Of a stretch of DNA of 64,000 nucleotides, positions 50,569 through 59,161 are shown piece after piece; within the stretch, counting starts at the first letter, position 1, and the number at the start of each line of letters is the position of its first letter. The stretch is from contig JBMOLG010000006.1 in the NCBI GenBank assembly GCA_049324275.1, forward strand, positions 54,056 to 118,055, written 5' to 3'. Made by a program: the position numbers and the translations under genes. The stretch comes from Nanobdellota archaeon (GTDB lineage Archaea; Nanobdellota; Nanobdellia; Pacearchaeales; GW2011-AR1). The notes under the pieces were generated by a model. That model made no database searches. It was not told the DNA's origin and was given only the letters and a program-made list of their open reading frames with translations.

Positions 50569-52527
50569 ATGAAAAAGAGATTGGTGATAATTATAATCCT
50601 GATATTTTTAATGTCATTTATAAGTGCAAAAATTTCAATTGATTCGGAGCCTCAAGATGTTTACAATTTAGGGGACAATCTTTATATCACAATCAGTACA
50701 ACCCCTTCATCAAATTATGGAAATTTGAATGTAAACCTATTTTGCAATAATAAAACTATAAATTTATTAAAGTGGCCATCTCAATTTTTTGGAGAACAGA
50801 CAAATTATCCACTTCCTGTCAAAAAATTAACAAAAAAAGACTTAGAAATTGACAATATTGATGATATCGTTGGAACCTGCCAGGTTATTGCCTCTTTAGG
50901 CGAAGAAAAAGATTCTACTAAAAGTTTTATTGTAACAAAAAATGTATTGGTAACCCCGAGATTGAACAAAACTAATTACAATCCTAAAGAGCATATTACA
51001 CTATATGTTGATGCATTAAAAGAAAATAATTATCCATTAGAGGGATTTATTGAGGTTACTGGAACTGCTAATTTTAAGAAGGCAATCAGCGGGGGCAGTG
51101 TTTCAGAAACATTTGTAATGCCTGAAACTACAGAACCCAGCGAATATAAATTAAATATACTTGTATATGATAAAAGCGAGGAGGGAGAAATATTAAATCA
51201 AGGTTATTCTTCAATTAAATTTGCAATTAATCAGGTTCCATCACATATCCAGACAAGCTTGTCACAATTAGAAGTTGATCCAGGAAATAATATAAGTTTT
51301 GCATTAGATCTATTTGACCAATCAGGAAAATTGATGGAAGGTGCAATATCTGTTTCTGTAATATCTCCAACTAATGAAGAAACAAAATTAGTAGTCAACT
51401 CAGGAACCACTGGCAATCTTAATTTTCAGGCAAACTCCACTCCGGGAAAATGGAAAATAATTTCTTCCTTTAAAGATATAAGCGATACCAAGGAATTTGC
51501 ACTAAATGCTATTCAAAAAGCTGAATTTGAAATTTTGGAGGATTCTTCAATGCTTCTTGTCAAGAATGTGGGAAACTGCATTTACAATAAAACTATTGAA
51601 ATTAAAATTGGTGAAAATATCCAGAAAATAGAAAAAATTGCAATAGGCATTGGAGAGGAAAGAAAATTTTCAATTAAAGCCCCTAAGGGGGAATATGACA
51701 TCAAAATTAATGACGGGAATTCAAACGTCGAGAAAAGATTACTGCTTACTGGAAAGGCTATATCTGTAAAAGAAGCTTCTAACTTTGACGTTTTTAGCCA
51801 ATATCCTATTATCTGGATTTTTATGATAATTCTTCTTGCTTTAGTCGCAATTTTTTCGCTTATAAAATTTAAAAAAACTTCTAAGTTAAAGGATAAAGTG
51901 AGAAAATTTAATCCTGAACTTGATGCACCCAAGCCATTGCCTCTTAAGACAGGAAAAGCAGAATCTAGCTTAGTTCTTAAGGGAGAAAAGAGTAATTCTT
52001 CTATTATTATTGTAAAGCTTAATTATGCTGGTTTAAGAGATACTGCTAGGGAAGAATTGGAAAAGATGCTTGAGATTGCAAAACAGAACAAGGGAGTTAT
52101 AGAATACAAGGAAGATCATGTTATTATAATATTCAATCCCCTAATAACAAGAAGCAATTCAAACGAGTCCATTGCAGTAAGAACTGGATTTGACATCTTC
52201 AAAAGGTTGACAGAATACAACAGAAAGTTCGCAACTGCTATTCCATTCAATATAGGAATACATTCAGGAAACTTAATCTCTTCAGTTGAAAATGGAAGAT
52301 TAAAATATACAAGCATAGAAAACACAATAATCTTGGCTAGAAAAATTTCAAGTTTAAGCACTGGAAAAATGTTAGTATCAGACAGCATAAGAAACAAAAT
52401 TGTTAGAGATATAAAAGCAGAAAAAGCAGGGGTTGTAGGGAAACATAACATTTTTTCAGTTGAAAAGATTTCAGATAAAGAAGCAAACCAGCAAAAACTC
52501 GCTGATATTTTAAAAAGAATGAAATGA
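50569..52527 (+). CDS. single-pass membrane protein: extracellular Ig-like repeats plus a cytoplasmic degenerate class III nucleotide-cyclase-like domain
   Basis: A signal peptide is followed by a beta-rich ectodomain and a TM helix (YPIIWIFMIILLALVAIFSLIKF). The tail (SSIIIVKLNYAGL...EDHVIIIF...FNIGIHSGNLISSVENGRLKYTSIENTIILARKISS...GKMLVSDSI) aligns by eye to the cyclase homology domain. The first metal-binding Asp position reads Asn. Confidence 0.5.
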   Translation: MKKRLVIIIILIFLMSFISAKISIDSEPQDVYNLGDNLYITISTTPSSNYGNLNVNLFCNNKTINLLKWPSQFFGEQTNYPLPVKKLTKKDLEIDNIDDIVGTCQVIASLGEEKDSTKSFIVTKNVLVTPRLNKTNYNPKEHITLYVDALKENNYPLEGFIEVTGTANFKKAISGGSVSETFVMPETTEPSEYKLNILVYDKSEEGEILNQGYSSIKFAINQVPSHIQTSLSQLEVDPGNNISFALDLFDQSGKLMEGAISVSVISPTNEETKLVVNSGTTGNLNFQANSTPGKWKIISSFKDISDTKEFALNAIQKAEFEILEDSSMLLVKNVGNCIYNKTIEIKIGENIQKIEKIAIGIGEERKFSIKAPKGEYDIKINDGNSNVEKRLLLTGKAISVKEASNFDVFSQYPIIWIFMIILLALVAIFSLIKFKKTSKLKDKVRKFNPELDAPKPLPLKTGKAESSLVLKGEKSNSSIIIVKLNYAGLRDTAREELEKMLEIAKQNKGVIEYKEDHVIIIFNPLITRSNSNESIAVRTGFDIFKRLTEYNRKFATAIPFNIGIHSGNLISSVENGRLKYTSIENTIILARKISSLSTGKMLVSDSIRNKIVRDIKAEKAGVVGKHNIFSVEKISDKEANQQKLADILKRMK

Positions 52528-53153
52528 TTAAACTAATTTGCTTTGATTTTGATGGCACTTTAGTTGATTCTTATGATTTCTATTTTAACATTTTCAGTAA
52601 AATTTTAAAGAAGCATAATTACAAATTTGATAAAAATAAGTTGAAGATTCTTCTTGGAGAAAAAAGTTCATTTATCTTGCAAAATCTTGGCGTCGAGGAA
52701 ACTGAAATACCAATTTTAAATAAAGAAATTTTTAACGAAGCATTAACAAATAATCACAAACTTAAATTTTGTGATTCAATCACATCATTAAAGAAATTAT
52801 CTAATGACTGTAAATTAATCATTGTTTCTAATACAAATTATAAAATTATTGAAAAGATTATGCAATCTTTTAAGATAAAACAATTATTTGACAATTTTTA
52901 TTTTAATGGAAAATATTCTAAATCTTATTCTATAAAAATGATTTCTAAAAATTTTAACATTAAGCCATCTAGTATAGTTTATATTGGGGACAGATTTTCA
53001 GATATTATTGAAGCTAAAAAAGCTAGGTGTTGGTCTATAGCAATACATAATAAACTGAGCTGGTCTTCTTTAAATGAAATTAAGAAACAAAAACCAGATT
53101 TTATCATAAATAGTTTTGATGAGCTTGAAAAAGTTTTAAATATTATAAGTTAA
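52524..53153 (+). CDS. HAD-superfamily hydrolase
   Basis: LICFDFDGTLVDS (motif I), IVSNT and GDRFSDI are present. ATGA overlap with the upstream gene. Confidence 0.8.
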   Translation: MIKLICFDFDGTLVDSYDFYFNIFSKILKKHNYKFDKNKLKILLGEKSSFILQNLGVEETEIPILNKEIFNEALTNNHKLKFCDSITSLKKLSNDCKLIIVSNTNYKIIEKIMQSFKIKQLFDNFYFNGKYSKSYSIKMISKNFNIKPSSIVYIGDRFSDIIEAKKARCWSIAIHNKLSWSSLNEIKKQKPDFIINSFDELEKVLNIIS

Positions 53154-54361
53154 ATTTTCAATTCAATAATATCCGGCAGGTTGAAATATGATCTCAATCC
53201 TTTAAAATAATCTGAAGATGAAAGATATTTATTTTTAATTGCAGACGCCTCAGATTCTGACAAGCCTACTTTGCCTCCTGATACTGCAACACTTTCCCCA
53301 TCTAATATATCTTTAACAATACTTCTATGTTTTTCATTGGATATTTGATTCAAATCCTTAATTAGTATTGACTCTAACTCTTTGATTTGAACTACATCAA
53401 GAGAATTATATTGACCATCAAATTCCTCTTCCGGTACATCGTCTTCATACTTCTCTGTATTGTATATGCTATCTATTAATTCGATTGGATTTGTATCATA
53501 ATTTTTTCCCAATACTTCACAATAAAACTCCTCGAATTTAGAATCTGGAAATCCTTTTTCAACCCAAAATTTTTTGCATTCTTCTTTTGTTGGCTCTTTT
53601 TCGTTTTTATTATAAAAATCTTCAATAAATTTGTTCATTTTTTTAACGCGATTTCGCGTTACTCTTCCTAAGACATCTTCTTCTCGGGGAGCGTCAAGCA
53701 TTGCTCCCCTTATTCTAAATTCTATATAAGTCTTGAATTTAGTATTTTTTTTATGATCAAAGTTATCTACACCCTCTAAAAGCCCAATATTTCCGAGAAT
53801 TCTAAGGTCTTCTATATCCATTATGCCATGAAAATGTTTAGACATACGAAATGAAATATATCTCACTAGAAATTGTGATTCTAAAATTAACTCCTCTCTT
53901 AATAATGTATTTTTTGTCTTTGAATATCTGACTGCCAATTCGTTCATGAGTGAGCTTTCGTTTTCCTTATTAATTTCTGAATTGTCAAAAACGCAAAAAT
54001 GGATATCTGAAGCAGCAATACACAAATCTTTTTTTCCTCTTCCATCTATTACCTGCTCCTTTACAATTTTTTCTCCTTGATCATTATTAAAATTAAATAA
54101 ATCACAAAAGTCTATTCCTATAATTTCTGAAACCGGGTATGCTGAAATATATTCTAATGAACTTTTAAAATTGTATTTCCTTATAATATGATTCAATAAA
54201 AAGAATCCAAAATAATTTCCTGATTTTGTAAAAAAACGATTATATGGATCTTTTTTCAGATTTTCTAATTCTTTGCTTCCAAATCCCAAATTTACAAGAT
54301 CTTTTTCAGAATAAGAATCAAACAACGGCTTGTTTTTAATTTCACGATATAATTTCTCCAT
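53150..54361 (-). CDS. sigma-70-family (FliA/sigma-28-like) protein with a roughly 165-aa unknown N-terminal extension
   Basis: Region 2 reads DIEDLRILGNIGLLEGVDNFDHKKNTKFKTYIEFRIRGAMLD; the RIRGAMLD octamer is identical to E. coli FliA as I recall it. A region-3-like segment RVTRNRVKKMNKFIEDF...EPTKEE follows. The region 4 HTH reads LNQISNEKHRSIV...GGKVGLSESEASAIKNKYL. Confidence 0.7.
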   Translation of the reverse strand: MEKLYREIKNKPLFDSYSEKDLVNLGFGSKELENLKKDPYNRFFTKSGNYFGFFLLNHIIRKYNFKSSLEYISAYPVSEIIGIDFCDLFNFNNDQGEKIVKEQVIDGRGKKDLCIAASDIHFCVFDNSEINKENESSLMNELAVRYSKTKNTLLREELILESQFLVRYISFRMSKHFHGIMDIEDLRILGNIGLLEGVDNFDHKKNTKFKTYIEFRIRGAMLDAPREEDVLGRVTRNRVKKMNKFIEDFYNKNEKEPTKEECKKFWVEKGFPDSKFEEFYCEVLGKNYDTNPIELIDSIYNTEKYEDDVPEEEFDGQYNSLDVVQIKELESILIKDLNQISNEKHRSIVKDILDGESVAVSGGKVGLSESEASAIKNKYLSSSDYFKGLRSYFNLPDIIELKI

Positions 54362-56417
54362 TTCCTCTGCTTAATTGAAGTGCTTTAATAAAATCCCTAT
54401 ATCTAAAATGCATATAATTTTCTTCAATTCTCTTTTCAATATTGATTGACTTTTTGCTGGCATAACTTAAAACCCTTCCGACATCTAATGCTGTCAATCC
54501 TTCAGAATTTTCAGACAGTTCATTCATTGTATAAAATGAATCGCCCATCTCATCGATGCTTTTTTTAATTTCTGCATAAGCATTTTTTATTTGATGTTTA
54601 TCAATTCTCCTTTCAATACTAATTGAATTCTTTCTTGCATAATCCAAAGTTTGCGATATATCTAATGCTGTCAATCCTTCAGAATTTTCAGACAGTTCAT
54701 TCATTGTATAAAATGAATCGCCCATCTCATCAAGAATATTTTTAATCTTATCTCGATTGGTATTAATTATCTGCAATATTTTCCTGCTGCAACTGCTTTC
54801 TACTACATGAAATATGCCTGTTTTCGAAATATTATAAATAAAAGGCTTAAGATTCAGTGAAAGTAATGATGTATTAATATTATTAATTTTAAATTCAGAC
54901 TTCTCATTAATCAAATCATCAAGCCAAATAAATCCTTTGAATTGTTCATTAACTTTTATAACATCTCTGCCGTATATTTCATCATCCTGATGTGGGAGAA
55001 TTCCGAGGCTTATTAACTTGTTATAAAATTGATAGCTTCTTTCAGCAGGCAATTCAGAAATATCATAAATTCTTAATGGATTTATTTCACCTCTTCCAAT
55101 TTCTTTTGTATTCACTCCTTGGATAATTCTCCATATTTTAGCTTTTTTTTCTAAAAATGAATTTAAATCAGTTGTTCTATTTAAAGCTAAAATTTCTACT
55201 GTTGCCTCCATCATTGCACGCTCATATTTCTGTTCTGTTGTCATCGGATTTATTCTTAATTGAGGGGCCTTTAAATTAAGATAAATCCTGTTTTTTTCAG
55301 AATCATATCTTCCAATTCCTTCAGTTAATAAATCTTTAATGCACTCAATCTCAGTTTTTCTTGTTATACCTTCAATTCCAGCTTTTTCTAGTTTGCCTTT
55401 TATTTTTTTGGCAAATACTGGAATCTTTTTTTCAACTTTGCTTCTGGTCTCTCCGTGCGAAACTTCTTCAACGCATGAAGCTATCTTCGTTGTAGCATCT
55501 TTTAATAACTTTTCTAATTCAATAACACCTGGATCATCTTCCCTGAACCTCCCCCTGTCAAATAATATTGCTCTTTCTAATCCATCGGCATTTACAATTC
55601 CAATTAATCTACGAGAAAAGATTAATTTCCCTCTGGAAAATAAACGCGCTAAATATGCTCTGGGGTCCCCTATTGCTCTTTTATTTACATAAACGTAAAT
55701 TCCTGCATGCCTATCTACATTCGGGGTCACATAAAATTTTGCATTTACTTTGCCCGCATGCTCTAAATCTTTTTCAACTTTGAATTTTTTTGAGGCTTCA
55801 ATTAATTTGGGCTTAATTTTTTCATCATTAATAAATATTTCAAAATCAGGCAAAATGGGAAGGTCCCATTGAAACTGATTTTTTAACTCTTCCAATGAAA
55901 ATTGTTTTTCACTTTGAAACCTCAATCCTTTCATTAAAATTTCAGTTCCGCATCCGGAATTATCTATACTATACTCTTCTCCCAAAATTTCTTTATTTTG
56001 GCTTAATTGACCATCAAATTTTTCTTTTATTATTGTTTTTATTCCATCTTTTACAGTAACCATTTCATATTCATTACAAAGATAATTCAATAATATTGTA
56101 GCTACTCCAAATTTTCCTATTCTTACTCTTCCTCTTGGACTTATGGGCTCTTTCATTTTAGGGCTGTCTCCCAATCTAAAGAAATCTTCAAGGCCTGAAC
56201 CTTTTTTCATTCCAGAACCATTATCTTTTATAGAAAGCATATTTTTTTCTTCGTTATAAGTTAAATCGACTCTTGTAGCATCTGCATCATATGCATTCAC
56301 AACAAGCTCTTCTATTGCAGGGATTGCCCCTGTTATTACAAGTTTCGATATAAGTTCGGGAACATTCCCTCCGAGCATTCTCGATAATTTTATCTTTGAT
56401 TCAGAGTTATTATCCAT
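54342..56417 (-). CDS. GHKL (HATPase_c_3/MORC-like) ATPase with two C-terminal 59-aa HTH-like repeats
   Basis: The Bergerat motifs are EELVVNAYDA (motif I), KDNGSGM (motif II) and IGKFGVA (motif III). The C-terminus carries a tandem repeat containing DEMGDSFYTMNELSENSEGLTALD twice. It overlaps the downstream gene by 20 nt. Confidence 0.7.
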   Translation of the reverse strand: MDNNSESKIKLSRMLGGNVPELISKLVITGAIPAIEELVVNAYDADATRVDLTYNEEKNMLSIKDNGSGMKKGSGLEDFFRLGDSPKMKEPISPRGRVRIGKFGVATILLNYLCNEYEMVTVKDGIKTIIKEKFDGQLSQNKEILGEEYSIDNSGCGTEILMKGLRFQSEKQFSLEELKNQFQWDLPILPDFEIFINDEKIKPKLIEASKKFKVEKDLEHAGKVNAKFYVTPNVDRHAGIYVYVNKRAIGDPRAYLARLFSRGKLIFSRRLIGIVNADGLERAILFDRGRFREDDPGVIELEKLLKDATTKIASCVEEVSHGETRSKVEKKIPVFAKKIKGKLEKAGIEGITRKTEIECIKDLLTEGIGRYDSEKNRIYLNLKAPQLRINPMTTEQKYERAMMEATVEILALNRTTDLNSFLEKKAKIWRIIQGVNTKEIGRGEINPLRIYDISELPAERSYQFYNKLISLGILPHQDDEIYGRDVIKVNEQFKGFIWLDDLINEKSEFKINNINTSLLSLNLKPFIYNISKTGIFHVVESSCSRKILQIINTNRDKIKNILDEMGDSFYTMNELSENSEGLTALDISQTLDYARKNSISIERRIDKHQIKNAYAEIKKSIDEMGDSFYTMNELSENSEGLTALDVGRVLSYASKKSINIEKRIEENYMHFRYRDFIKALQLSRGNGEIIS
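54483..54731. repeat. tandem intragenic repeat, period 177 bp, with a 72-bp perfectly identical core
   Basis: Positions 54483-54554 and 54660-54731 are identical base for base (checked by eye). The flanking repeat sequence has diverged to roughly 50% protein identity. Confidence 0.9.
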
Positions 56418-56438
56418 TCAAAAAAGGACTTTTAGCCA

Positions 56439-56450
56439 TTTTTAAAAATT
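56439..56450 (-). promoter_or_regulatory. TATA-like box (aatttttaaaaa on the minus strand) about 28 nt upstream of the GHKL ATPase ATG
   Basis: Its position matches the pattern seen at housekeeping genes. Confidence 0.3.
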
Positions 56451-56490
56451 AGTATTGTTTATTATATCGGATGAAAAATAATTCTAAAAT

Positions 56491-56498
56491 TTTATAAA
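56491..56498 (+). promoter_or_regulatory. TATA-like box (tttataaa) about 25 nt upstream of the surface-protein ATG
   Basis: Divergent from the GHKL promoter in the same 102-nt intergenic region. Confidence 0.3.
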
Positions 56499-56519
56499 CT
56501 TAAATCCTCTGCAATAGAT

Positions 56520-59159
56520 ATGAAAAAGAGAGGAATGTTAATTTTAATCTTGATGCTTTGCTTAATCAGTTATTCTAATGCACAGATAACTGTTGGAAAT
56601 ATAAGCTTAAATCGAGTTTATTATCCCTATGAAAATATTTCGGGGGAAATAAATCTATCGATTAAATCTGAACCTATTAATCAATATTTGAACACTAACC
56701 TTAACCAAAATTTATCCTTAATTAATTTTTTTGAATTAAATGATGCAAATTATAACTGTATCCCATCTGATTGTTCGGTTAATTATAATTTAAAGGAAAG
56801 AGCTGACGAATTTCAATTGCTGGGCGATAAAACAATAGGATTTTCTCTCAAAGGAAAAAATATACAGATACAGGGAATAAGCTTTGACATGCAGAGCAAT
56901 TTTTCAAAATCACAAACAATTCCATTGAAGATAAGATTTTTTGAAAATTTAATTTGGGAATTTACAAATTCTTCAGGCGAATATTCTGCTTCAAAGAATT
57001 GGGGGTGCTATAATGATTCTCTTGGGAAGCCTGAATTTTATATTCGACAGTATTACTGTGAAAAATTTGAAATTTCAAGAACTAACTCCATAAAAGCAGG
57101 GGCAAGGCTTGAAGTGAATGGCACTGACAAATTGAAATTGCTTATCAGAGATTGGACTGGACAGAATTTAGGAGATTGCGAATTCCTCCCTGCAACTGAG
57201 AATTCCTGCATTTTTAATCGGGAAGGAGGCTATAGCGCAGGGATTTATTATGTATGCATTCTTCCATCTAATACGGAAAACGTCGCGAATATTAAGCATA
57301 AAATTTATTCGGAAAATGTCAATAAAAATTGCGGGTGGCCGAGTCTTCCTTCAACTGAAAATAGCACGAGGGATTTTGGAATATTTTTAACCACTGAATT
57401 GTTTTCCTCAGCATCTTTAACTAACATAAACAATGGAGTTGTTAAAAATTTAGAATCTTCTGCAAATTCTTTTATAAGAGGAAAATTCGACGGAGATTGT
57501 TCAAATGGCTGTATATTTCCTATATTATTTCAAGGAATTCCTCAAGAAATAGAAATTTCAAATGTCAGACTAGCTTATCAGGATAATGAAGGTTCCAAAG
57601 AACTTAATGACTTTTTTAATTTAGAGGTTAAGCCTGCAGATGTGGATTTTTCAGGCATATTAAATCTGAATTTGAGTGGATTTAACGTTCAGTCTTCTGG
57701 TGATAAAAATCTGCAGATAAAATTAGGAGAAACAATTTTATTTGATAATAACATTTCTGTTTTGGATGCTCCAATAATTCAGGGAATTTATCCTTTGAAC
57801 CCGCCTGCAGGTGTGCCGGTTATATTTACTGCAAAATTAATCAGCAAAAAAAATATCTCTGCTTATTATTGGGATTTTGGCGACGGGATTAAACAAACTG
57901 CATATATCAATTCAATCAATCATACATATAAAGAAGCAGGATCTTTTATTATCCTCTTAAACGTGACGGATTCGTCAGGAATAATGTCTTCAAAAAGTTT
58001 TGAAATATTTACTGGAACTCCTGCAGAGATTGTTGATATTATTCTAAAGATTAAACAAGATAAGCTGAAAAAGACCGAAGAAAGCATGAATAAGTTTTCT
58101 TCAGAGTGGTATTTTAATGGACTTCAGAATGTTGTAGCTCTTAATTATTATAAAGATGAATTAAAAAAAATTGAGGATGGAAAAGTGAATGCTTCAGAAG
58201 AGGAAAATTTAAAATTTGTTACAACTCTGCAAAATTTGAAATTTCCGTCTTTAATTTTTTCCAAGGGCACTTCAACAACCCCTCTTTCGACAGATCTTGA
58301 AGATATTGATGCAAGTCAAGTTGCATTGATTTCCGAGGAAGAAATTGAAAATCCTGATGCATATTCAGAACAAATAAGTAAATGGCAAAATGAAAATTAT
58401 AATTCAAGCTTAATACAAAATCAGAAGATTATGCTTCTTAATGAAGATAAAGAAGATGTTGTGATTGATATTTATGAATTAGACATTGTATCTAATTCAG
58501 ATGAAGATTCTTATTTTTTGATAAGCAAACCAAGAGAAGAACTGTTCTTTGAAAATGAAGATTCTGCTGTGGAAGGGCAGGAAGGCTATACCGTTGTATC
58601 ATTAAAGCCAAATGAGAGAAAAAAATTAAATTTTTACAAGAAAAACGACGAGGAATTGATATTCTTTGCTTCTCCCAAATTAAGCTCTCTTCAAGAGCCG
58701 ATTGAAATTAAAGTTGAGGCATGCAATTTCAATAAAATATGCGAAGAGGATTTAGATGAAAATTCCAAAAATTGTCAAAATGACTGCGGAGGCTTTTTTA
58801 GCATAAGGCTGATATTTCCAATTTTGGTGATATTATTTGGCCTGATAATTTATACTATTTTGCAGGTTTGGTACAAAAACAAATACGAAACATTTTTATT
58901 TAAGGATAGATCCTATTTATTTAATTTGCTGATGTTTATTGATAATGCAAGAATTAGGGGAATAGAAGAGGGGGAAATAAAAGAGCAATTGAAAATCCAA
59001 AAATGGTCTGGTGAGCAAATATCTTATGCATTAAAAAAATCTCTTGGAAAAAGGACTGGCATGTATGAAATCATACCTATAGAGAAAATTTTCGCCTGGT
59101 TTCGGATTAAAAAAGCCAGACAAAACATTAATAAACCACAAATCCAAGGAAATTATTAG
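56520..59159 (+). CDS. large secreted, C-terminally anchored surface protein with a PKD domain
   Basis: It has a signal peptide, the PKD signature YYWDFGDG...HTY...G.F...L.VTDS.G, many N-x-S/T sites, a Cys-rich stalk, a TM helix and a short cytoplasmic tail. Confidence 0.75.
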   Translation: MKKRGMLILILMLCLISYSNAQITVGNISLNRVYYPYENISGEINLSIKSEPINQYLNTNLNQNLSLINFFELNDANYNCIPSDCSVNYNLKERADEFQLLGDKTIGFSLKGKNIQIQGISFDMQSNFSKSQTIPLKIRFFENLIWEFTNSSGEYSASKNWGCYNDSLGKPEFYIRQYYCEKFEISRTNSIKAGARLEVNGTDKLKLLIRDWTGQNLGDCEFLPATENSCIFNREGGYSAGIYYVCILPSNTENVANIKHKIYSENVNKNCGWPSLPSTENSTRDFGIFLTTELFSSASLTNINNGVVKNLESSANSFIRGKFDGDCSNGCIFPILFQGIPQEIEISNVRLAYQDNEGSKELNDFFNLEVKPADVDFSGILNLNLSGFNVQSSGDKNLQIKLGETILFDNNISVLDAPIIQGIYPLNPPAGVPVIFTAKLISKKNISAYYWDFGDGIKQTAYINSINHTYKEAGSFIILLNVTDSSGIMSSKSFEIFTGTPAEIVDIILKIKQDKLKKTEESMNKFSSEWYFNGLQNVVALNYYKDELKKIEDGKVNASEEENLKFVTTLQNLKFPSLIFSKGTSTTPLSTDLEDIDASQVALISEEEIENPDAYSEQISKWQNENYNSSLIQNQKIMLLNEDKEDVVIDIYELDIVSNSDEDSYFLISKPREELFFENEDSAVEGQEGYTVVSLKPNERKKLNFYKKNDEELIFFASPKLSSLQEPIEIKVEACNFNKICEEDLDENSKNCQNDCGGFFSIRLIFPILVILFGLIIYTILQVWYKNKYETFLFKDRSYLFNLLMFIDNARIRGIEEGEIKEQLKIQKWSGEQISYALKKSLGKRTGMYEIIPIEKIFAWFRIKKARQNINKPQIQGNY

Positions 59160-59161
59160 AG

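Noticed and set aside
53150-56417. That the sigma-like/GHKL operon is simply bacterial contamination or a mis-join
   Set aside because: This is not excluded, but it is disfavoured. AT-richness and codon style look uniform with the flanks. The operon overlaps the 3' end of the HAD gene by 4 nt, shares a short divergent promoter region with the PKD/GTPase operon, and has the same TATA-to-ATG spacing as the archaeal housekeeping genes. Read-level validation is still needed.
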